Assembly (NCBI GenBank): GCA_945920825.1
Contig: CAMEKD010000001.1
Span: forward strand, 1 to 53,618
Length of the DNA stretch: 53,618 nucleotides
DNA from: an uncultured Anaeroplasma sp.
GTDB lineage: Bacteria; Bacillota_I; Bacilli_A; Acholeplasmatales; Anaeroplasmataceae
Direction of reading: 5' to 3'
Under the pieces are notes generated by a model, which was not told the origin of the DNA, did not search any database, and saw only the letters and a program-made list of their open reading frames with translations. A program made the position numbers and the translations under genes. Within the stretch, counting starts at the first letter, position 1. Every line of letters starts with the position of its first letter. Of this stretch, positions 46,479-53,618 are shown piece by piece.

Positions 46479-47768
46479 TTTTCCTCACTATCCCTTCTTA
46501 TTCTAATTGCTTTATGCTTTTCAATATAATGGTATACACGTTTAGTAGTCAAACCTTGAAAAATAACAGTAAATGCAATTGTAAGATATACCGCACTAAA
46601 TAAAATAGTATATTCATTGTTCGCTAAAACACTTTGAGTGCTCAAAACTAGTGCCAATGACAAACCGCCTTTTAATGCAGTCCATGTCATCAAGCTCGAA
46701 TATTCTACCAAATTATAACCATCAGGGGCATTTTTTATTTTCGGTAAGCTTAATGATATAGATACACCACAAAAACGAGAAAATAATGATGCTATAATTG
46801 CTGAAATAAATATAAATAAGAGATTAAATGAAATATCTAATTTAAATAGCATCATTCCAATAAGTACAAACAATACACTGTTTAGTATATTATCTACTAA
46901 TTTCCAAAATGATTCATATATATTTTTTGAATCAGCAAGATAAAAAAAGTTTTGATTTTTATTACGATAATAAGAAAAAATCATCCCACATAATACGGAA
47001 GCAATGCAACCAGAAAAACCAAATAAAGAGCATATTACATATGAAGATGAAACAGCTAATATGCTTATTAGTACATGAGTCGCTGGTTTATGAGATTTTT
47101 TTAATAATAGAATCAAAATAAAGCATATTAAAAATGCAACTACAATTGCGCCTAAAATTTCTTTTATAAGTACAATACCGATATTTGTTCCAATATTTGT
47201 AACAATACTCTTTACAAATGCAAATAGAATAACACCCATACCATCATTAAATAAAGATTCACTTTCCATTATGGTTGTTAGATTTTTTGACATACCAAGC
47301 TTAGATAAAATACCTGTTGCCGCAATTGGATCTGTTGGAGCAATTATACATCCCAGTAAAATACATATCCATATATTAACATTAAACTTAAACAATAATG
47401 AAAACAAATAGAATATCAAACCATATATGAAAGCTGCTATTGCTGTTGAAATAAAAGAAAGAATAGTTATATTTTTTATATTTTTAGTAAACTTATTAAA
47501 TCTAACTCCACTTGCACCCGCAAATAGCATAAAACACAACACACCATCAAGCAGATAGGACTCAAAATTAAAATCTTTCATTGTGGATATAGCATAATCA
47601 ATCCAACCAATATTTGCAAATGAGTCAATGCCTTTTAGAGTTAATGAAAGAATAATTGTAAATATTAGTATTGATATTTCATTTGGAATCTTTATAAATC
47701 TTTCATTAATAATTGAAACAATAACTATTATTAGAATTATGATTGTAAAAAAAAGCTAAGAAAAACAT
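46466..47768 (-). pseudogene. CPA1/NhaP-type cation:proton antiporter with a frameshift in a T8 tract near the 5' end
   Basis: IAPTDPIA, ESESLFNDG, LKGGLSLAL, FQGLT. The RBS-ATG at 47768 is out of frame by 1 nt, and the main frame is open from 47746. Confidence 0.75.
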
Positions 47769-47788
47769 AACCATCCTCCCAAATTGAA

Positions 47789-48472
47789 TTATTCATCTAC
47801 AAAACGATAACCAATTCCTATTTCTGTAATAATGAATCTAGGTTGATTGGTATCATATTCTATCTTTCTCCTTAATGTTGCCATAAATGTTCTTAATGAC
47901 TGATAATCATCATCAGAATCATACCCCCATATTGATTTTTGAATAAATGAATGAGTTAATACTTTTCCTTTGTTTTCAATCAATAATTGTAATAACTTGA
48001 ACTCAATAGGAGTTAAATGTATTTCTTTATCATCTATCAATATTTGATGTTTATTAAAATCAACAAATAAATTATCTAATAAAAATGTTTTATTTGGCTT
48101 GTCCGCCATAGTTGTACTTCTAAATGCAACTCTAATTCTTGCAAGCAATTCTTTAATACTGAATGGTTTAGTTACATAGTCATTTGCACCATTATCTAAC
48201 GCATATACTTTTTCTCTTTCTTGTTCTCTAGCTGATACAATAATTATTGGAACATTAGAAATTTGTCTAATTTGTAATAAAACCTCTTCCCCATCTATAT
48301 CTGGCAATCCCATATCTAATAAAACTAAATCAGGATGAGTAGATAGAAACATAGAAATGCCTTCTATTCCAGTTTTGGCACATATAACTTCATATTCATT
48401 TGTCTGCAAAGATACTCTCATCAATCTAATTATTGCATTATCATCTTCTATTAATAAAATTGTTTTACTCAT
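47789..48472 (-). CDS. OmpR-family response regulator, KdpE-like
   Basis: LLIEDD, LLDMGLPDIDG, ANDYVTKPF, HLTPIEFKLL, TEIGIGYRF. Confidence 0.9.
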   Translation of the reverse strand: MSKTILLIEDDNAIIRLMRVSLQTNEYEVICAKTGIEGISMFLSTHPDLVLLDMGLPDIDGEEVLLQIRQISNVPIIIVSAREQEREKVYALDNGANDYVTKPFSIKELLARIRVAFRSTTMADKPNKTFLLDNLFVDFNKHQILIDDKEIHLTPIEFKLLQLLIENKGKVLTHSFIQKSIWGYDSDDDYQSLRTFMATLRRKIEYDTNQPRFIITEIGIGYRFVDE

Positions 48473-49937
48473 TTTTACCACCTTTATTTGGTATATTAAA
48501 TGTTATTGTTGCCCCACCTAAATCATTATTTATAGCACTTATTTTACCGCCATGTGCTTCAACTATAGCTCTGCAAATTGACAATCCTAATCCATTACTT
48601 GTATGCCTATCCTGCTTAGAGGTAAGAGAATAAAAATCGTCAAATATTTGTTCTTTGTTTTTATTCTTAATACCGCCACCATCATCAATAACATTAAATA
48701 TAACATTTTGCTTTGTAACTTCATATGTAATACTAATTGTTGTATTTTTTTTAGTATGTTTTATTGAATTCTCCACCAAATTAACCAATACTTCAATCAG
48801 TAATTGAGCACTAGTATACACAAAATTTAAAGTTTCAGATTGCATGATGTTAAGTTTTTTATTATTTAAATCATCTTTAACCTTATCATAGACGCTACAA
48901 AGAATATCATCTATAGCTTCTTCTTTTAAATTATCTAATTTTTTATTTTTTTCTAATTTAGATAAATTTAACAAATTAACAACAAATTTATTCAAATCAC
49001 AAGATTTATGATAAATATCTGAAATTAATTCTTTTTTTTCATTATCTTCTATTTTTTCAAAAGAACTAAGTAACAAATCAGATCCACTTTGAATCGAGGT
49101 TAAAGGAGTTTTTAAATCATGAGATAAACATCGCAATAACACATTTTTAAACTTCTCTTTATCCATATCTAATTTTGTTATTGCTTCTCTTTTTATCGCT
49201 GTTTCACGATCTAAAGCAGAAACTAAGTGAATTAAATTCTTTTTAATAAAATCAATTTCTTCATCACTTATATTTTTATCGTTAAAAAGTAAAAGGACTC
49301 CGTAATCGTTTAGTTTTGATTTAATTGGGAAAAACAAATATGGGCTTTCTTTGAAGAAAAAAGTATTTTTTCCAACCAATATATTCTTATCTAAGCAAAA
49401 TTTGATTTCATTTTCAAATTTATCAATTTCTAATTCTTCGCCATAAATGTTTTTATCGATATCAATAATAGTAAATAAATCTCCAAAATTGCCATTAAAA
49501 TATTCAATAATAAATCTAAACATATATGGCTTGTCATGGCTATCTAGTAGTTTTGATGATACTTCATATATTGTTTTTATTTTTTTCTCATTTTTCTTTA
49601 CTGCAATTATTTGATGTTGAAGTTTATTTACTAATCCACCAACAATTAATGTTACAACTATAAAAATTAAAAAGGATACAATATAATTAGGATCATCGAC
49701 AACAAAACTATATTTAGGCTCGGTTTGAAAAAAATTAAAGGATAATACAAAAATCATACTTATAAACATTCCATAAATTAAATTCTTTGTATTAATTTGA
49801 ACAACTAAAATTGAGATAACAAATAATAAAAATAAATTTTCATCCCTTACTCCAATATAATCTAAAACAAGCTGTAATGATATAGTTAAAATAATAACTA
49901 TACTGGTAAATATAATATTTTTTATATGTTTATTCAT
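48465..49937 (-). CDS. KdpD-like sensor histidine kinase (DUF4118 TM, HisKA, HATPase; no N-terminal KdpD/Usp domains)
   Basis: FNFFQTEPKYSF, LSHDLKTPLT, NLVENSIKH, DDGGGI, GLGLSIC. Confidence 0.88.
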   Translation of the reverse strand: MNKHIKNIIFTSIVIILTISLQLVLDYIGVRDENLFLLFVISILVVQINTKNLIYGMFISMIFVLSFNFFQTEPKYSFVVDDPNYIVSFLIFIVVTLIVGGLVNKLQHQIIAVKKNEKKIKTIYEVSSKLLDSHDKPYMFRFIIEYFNGNFGDLFTIIDIDKNIYGEELEIDKFENEIKFCLDKNILVGKNTFFFKESPYLFFPIKSKLNDYGVLLLFNDKNISDEEIDFIKKNLIHLVSALDRETAIKREAITKLDMDKEKFKNVLLRCLSHDLKTPLTSIQSGSDLLLSSFEKIEDNEKKELISDIYHKSCDLNKFVVNLLNLSKLEKNKKLDNLKEEAIDDILCSVYDKVKDDLNNKKLNIMQSETLNFVYTSAQLLIEVLVNLVENSIKHTKKNTTISITYEVTKQNVIFNVIDDGGGIKNKNKEQIFDDFYSLTSKQDRHTSNGLGLSICRAIVEAHGGKISAINNDLGGATITFNIPNKGGKNE

Positions 49938-51399
49938 CTTTTTTTCTCCTAACATCAGATAATATCCTTGAAAAAGAATCAAAAATTACAAATATTTCTA
50001 ATCTTCCGAAAAGCATTCCTAAAATGGAGGTCCATAATATAACCGGATGTGCATTATAACCAATAATACCAACAGATAATCCAACCGTACCAAGCGAAGA
50101 CGCAAACTCAAACATTGACTCTTCTAAACTATAGCCAAATAAGGAAATAACGAAAGAGCCCAAAAGGAAAATAAATACATAAATAACAACATAATTAACA
50201 TTGTTTTTTATTTCTTCTTTTGTAAGTTCAATCTTTTGACCATTTTTTTCTATAAAATGAGATGTCACTGATTTATTAGTAAGCAACCTCTCTTTGCAAT
50301 TATAATATATGCCTTTAAACAAAACAACCATTCTGTATTGCTTAATTGCTCCTGCAGTAGAGCCTAATCCTCCACCAACTAGCATTAAAAAAATCATTGA
50401 AATAATAAAAGCATGAGGTAAACTATTAATCGATGAGACATTTTGAAATCCAGTCGTTGATATACATGACAAAAACTGAAAAATACTTACCTCAATTGAT
50501 TCAAACATACTAGCATAATTATTAAAATATAAAATAAAACTCATGATTGGTAACATAATAATGGAAATGATTAATAAAAATTTAACCTCACAGTGATGCA
50601 TTATTTTTTTAAACTGGCGTTTAAAAATAAATAAATGAATCATAAAATTAGTGCCACCTAATATCATCAAAATCATAGTTACAATATCAATCCCAAGACT
50701 ATGATAATGTAAAATACTATCCACTTGAGTAGAAAAACCACCAGTTGATAAACAAGCTATCGAATGATTTAATGCATCAAACAAATTCATTCCAAAGGAA
50801 TAAAAAGCTAATGTCCCAATAATTATATACCCTAAATAAATAGAAAAAATGAGCCTAGCTGATTTAACTAAATTTGGTAATAATTTATCAGTATGTCCTT
50901 CAGCATTATATAATCTTAATCCATACCTATCAGATAAAGCACATGTAAGAATTAAAACAAGGCCTATTCCTCCTACAAAAAGCATTAAACTACGATAAAA
51001 CAAGAAAATATGAGGACATTCAGAAACATCTACAACAGTTAAACCAGTTGTTGAATAACCACTTGTAGCTTCAAAAACACTTTGAGTAAAGTTATATTTT
51101 CCTGTCAACATAAACGGAATTGAACTAATCAAAATTGTCATAATCCAAATTAAAACTACTAACAGTGAATCTTGATTTTTTAATAGATTATCTTTTTTTA
51201 CACCATTAAAAAAATATATAGTTAAATATCCTATAAGTAAAAAAACAATTCCAGGAATAATAAAACAATATGCATATTTATACTCGTATGGATAAAAAAT
51301 AAGCATTAAAATTGGAAGTAAAATGATACCCCCAATCATAAGCATAAATACGCCTAAATAATATACAATAAGCTTATAACTTTTTAATAATTCTGTCAT
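49930..51399 (-). CDS. trkH: TrkH-family K+ uptake membrane subunit
   Basis: FEATSGYSTTG, LSTGGF, ISTTGF, GSTAGAIK, LGTVGLS, GRLE. Confidence 0.9.
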   Translation of the reverse strand: MTELLKSYKLIVYYLGVFMLMIGGIILLPILMLIFYPYEYKYAYCFIIPGIVFLLIGYLTIYFFNGVKKDNLLKNQDSLLVVLIWIMTILISSIPFMLTGKYNFTQSVFEATSGYSTTGLTVVDVSECPHIFLFYRSLMLFVGGIGLVLILTCALSDRYGLRLYNAEGHTDKLLPNLVKSARLIFSIYLGYIIIGTLAFYSFGMNLFDALNHSIACLSTGGFSTQVDSILHYHSLGIDIVTMILMILGGTNFMIHLFIFKRQFKKIMHHCEVKFLLIISIIMLPIMSFILYFNNYASMFESIEVSIFQFLSCISTTGFQNVSSINSLPHAFIISMIFLMLVGGGLGSTAGAIKQYRMVVLFKGIYYNCKERLLTNKSVTSHFIEKNGQKIELTKEEIKNNVNYVVIYVFIFLLGSFVISLFGYSLEESMFEFASSLGTVGLSVGIIGYNAHPVILWTSILGMLFGRLEIFVIFDSFSRILSDVRRKKDE

Positions 51400-51402
51400 A
51401 TG

Positions 51403-52062
51403 TTACTCCCTTGTTACAAAATCCTTTACTTTCTTCTTATCCTCAAAACTTGATACTACTAATATCTTGTCATTTTTCAATAGCACTGTATTTCCGTTAG
51501 GAATAATCAAACCTGAATACCGATAAATACAACATACAGATGAATTATCGGGAAATTTAATGTCTTTTAAAGCTTTATTACAAATTTTAAATTTTTCTAA
51601 TACTTCAAATTCTGTTACAACAATTTTGTTATTTTCAAATGATAAGGTATTGATCATACTTTCAATTGATAATTCTGATTTTATAGTTTGTCCTAACAAA
51701 TATGTTGAACTAATAACTGAGTCTATTCCTAATTTTTTAAAAATTTCAACATTTTTAGGATTCTCAACTATAGCAATCACTTTTTTTACATTAAAGATCA
51801 TTTTTGCCATTTGGCATGCAATGTAATTCCTTATATCATTAGCGCTAAGCGCAATAAACAAATCAGCATTTGTAGTTTGTGCACATTGTAAATCATACGC
51901 TTTATTACTATTTCCAAAGATAACATCAATATTATTTTTGACACTTAATGTCTTGGCAATTTCCATGTTAGAATTAATTACACTTATTTTATTTTTTTTA
52001 TTTAAAAATAAATTAATAATATAATCAGCTTCCTGGTATCCATCAGCAATAACGATTCTCAT
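51403..52062 (-). CDS. TrkA/KtrA-family RCK protein
   Basis: NYIACQMAK, FKKLGID, IIPNGNT. Confidence 0.85.
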   Translation of the reverse strand: MRIVIADGYQEADYIINLFLNKKNKISVINSNMEIAKTLSVKNNIDVIFGNSNKAYDLQCAQTTNADLFIALSANDIRNYIACQMAKMIFNVKKVIAIVENPKNVEIFKKLGIDSVISSTYLLGQTIKSELSIESMINTLSFENNKIVVTEFEVLEKFKICNKALKDIKFPDNSSVCCIYRYSGLIIPNGNTVLLKNDKILVVSSFEDKKKVKDFVTRE

Positions 52063-52077
52063 TACAATCACCCTCTT

Positions 52078-52482
52078 CTATTTAAGTTTCTCTCTTAATT
52101 TATCTAGCGATAATATGAATGGATAAATAGCATCAATAGATGTATATTGAATTAGTTTCGATTTGTCTGTATCCCATAGTCTAATATAAATGTTTTTTAT
52201 AGATAATAAGAAAAAACACTCATGGGCCAAAAATATATTCACATCATCATCATTTGTGGTTATGATAACTGCTTTTGATGATTTTATATCAATTTGCTCT
52301 AAAAAAGCTAAATCAAGAGCATCACCAACCTGAGTAAAGCCGCAAAAATCATCAAGCTTATTGAATGCCTCAGCCTTTTTATCAATGCAAACAACATCCT
52401 CACCATTACATGATAACTCTTTAGCAATACTTGCTCCTAATTTTCCTATTCCAATAATAAATATTTTTTTTATACTATTCAT
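52078..52482 (-). CDS. Stand-alone TrkA-N (RCK-N) protein
   Basis: IIGIGKLG, VGDALD, DDDVN. Confidence 0.85.
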   Translation of the reverse strand: MNSIKKIFIIGIGKLGASIAKELSCNGEDVVCIDKKAEAFNKLDDFCGFTQVGDALDLAFLEQIDIKSSKAVIITTNDDDVNIFLAHECFFLLSIKNIYIRLWDTDKSKLIQYTSIDAIYPFILSLDKLREKLK

Positions 52483-52678
52483 TTAAATCACCAGCTATAT
52501 CTCTCATAATTTCAACATATTTAATAAAATATTTGCATAAATAATGAATGTGTCCAGTCATTGTATTTCTTATTAATAAAAAATCATCTTCAAATTTAAT
52601 AAAATCTCCTGTTTCACATATTAATCCACTATTTGAATTTAAATAAACTTTTATTACTTTTCCTTCAAAGTCTTTCAT
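52475..52678 (-). CDS. Small hypothetical protein, possibly Sm/Hfq-like beta fold
   Basis: GGAGG RBS and overlap with the next gene. Beta-strand pattern KVYL..G..KFEDDFLLI..YLCKYFI. Confidence 0.55.
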   Translation of the reverse strand: MKDFEGKVIKVYLNSNSGLICETGDFIKFEDDFLLIRNTMTGHIHYLCKYFIKYVEIMRDIAGDLNE

Positions 52679-52750
52679 ACTTATGACCTCCAATTCATAA
52701 TTATTTTAAACTATTACATTGTTAAGATTCTATTACGATTTAACATTCAC

Positions 52751-52772
52751 TATGTTAAGATTATGTTAAGAT
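52751..52772. promoter_or_regulatory. 11-bp tandem direct repeat, candidate OmpR/KdpE-type binding site
   Basis: TATGTTAAGAT x2, plus a third TGTTAAGAT at 52720, upstream of the Trk operon. Confidence 0.55.
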
Positions 52773-52833
52773 ACAAAATAATCATGAGATAAAAAAATGA
52801 TTCCAAAATCAGGTTGTAAGAGAACATAATTGC

Positions 52834-53212
52834 TTTAAAAATGCTATTTGTATTATTGATAGTTTCCATGTTATTCAATGGATTGAAAGAGAATTGAGAA
52901 ATTATATAAACGATTTAAAGAAAAAACATAAAGAAATGGAATCATTAAATAACATTTTCAAAGACTATAAATATACATCAAATTTTGAATATACTAGAAA
53001 TATAATTCTATGGGCTACAAAGAAAAATCTAAGTATATTAGGAGTTCCTAAAATATTACCAAAAACAAACAAAAATAAGAGAAAATAGAAAAAAATTAAA
53101 CTCGCACTATAAAAGAAAAAGACTAATCGTACTCCCCCAACTTTAAGAGATGATTAGTCTTATTTATTTAGTTGTCCCCTAACTTTGTTCCCCAAAGTTT
53201 TCGGAGTTTCCC
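52834..53212 (+). mobile_element. ISL3-family transposase remnant (internally deleted)
   Basis: FKNAICIIDSFHVIQ resembles ISL3 FPNA.I..D.FHV. NFEYTRNIILW resembles the ISL3 C-terminus. Stop at 53088, then a hairpin and a C-rich end. Confidence 0.65.
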
Positions 53213-53618
53213 TCCACTAAAATTTCAGAGAATTAATTAACATAAAATCTTTTCCTTTTACTTTGCTAAATAGCCAAAAATGAAATGGGGTGGCTTCCAT
53301 CTCAACAGTAACTAGATATTCTATAATGTTATAGATTCATTTGTTTCTTCAACGACTGGGTTTAATCTTAATTTTACACTTTTAATAATATGATTATGGC
53401 CAGTTACTGGGAAGGAAAACTTCATTTTAATACTTTTACATAAATTGTTTTACAAAAGGGGACACCATTTTGTTGAAAAAATCAAAAATTTCTTCTTTTA
53501 TAAGTAATTGCTTTATAAAAAAGGGAGGTCGTCATTTAGACAATAAAATGCCAGATTTCATATTCTTAAGCAAAAATTTCAAATGTTTTTCATTAATATT
53601 ATTACAAAAGTATTTCCC

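Noticed and set aside
320-51826. Many 60-120 aa ORFs overlapping larger genes (e.g. 320, 1430, 21097, 24101, 28299, 32515, 41556, 51560)
   Set aside because: Antisense or alternate-frame shadows of well-supported CDSs, with no motifs.
52860-52890. Possible tRNA 5' half (TTCAATGGATTGAA)
   Set aside because: Better explained as ISL3 transposase coding sequence (FHVIQWIE).
53105-53165. Hairpin resembling RNA leaders of Abi-family genes
   Set aside because: No Abi gene follows, and its position fits a terminator within the ISL3 remnant.

Overview
AT-rich bacterial chromosome window that uses the standard code (TGA as stop). Gene content suggests a Bacillota/Mollicutes anaerobe such as an Acholeplasmatales or Anaeroplasma relative; this is inference only. 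1-25 kb is mostly housekeeping and metabolism: 2-hydroxyacyl-CoA dehydratase activator pair, MutS-domain pair, Phd-RelE/ParE toxin-antitoxin, tmk-holB-ricT-yabB-like-rsmI cluster, pullulanase, hom, ABC exporter and CDF transporter. The standout is a compact six-gene minus-strand module at 25059-36213: SNF2 helicase, MoxR-like AAA+, zincin-vWA protein, a 906-aa YonO/eukaryotic-RdRP-like two-barrel RNA polymerase (DFDSD motif), a soluble FtsH-like protease and an extra sigma-70 factor. No phage or integrase genes lie nearby, and the same bipartite motif (TTGCAAAAGG-N11-ATATATAGATA) precedes both apparent transcription units. 37.8-45 kb is a decayed integration hotspot: two tRNA-Arg(CCT)-like 3' halves, a hairpin repeat family, IS66 and EAL remnants, and AlbA_2 and DUF4143 ATPases. 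45-53.3 kb is an AT-richer K+/Na+ transport island (Trk, KdpDE-like, CPA1 antiporter) bracketed by rlmD-3'-like 'VETV' sites and an ISL3 remnant. All calls come from reading motifs by eye; no database searches were run.
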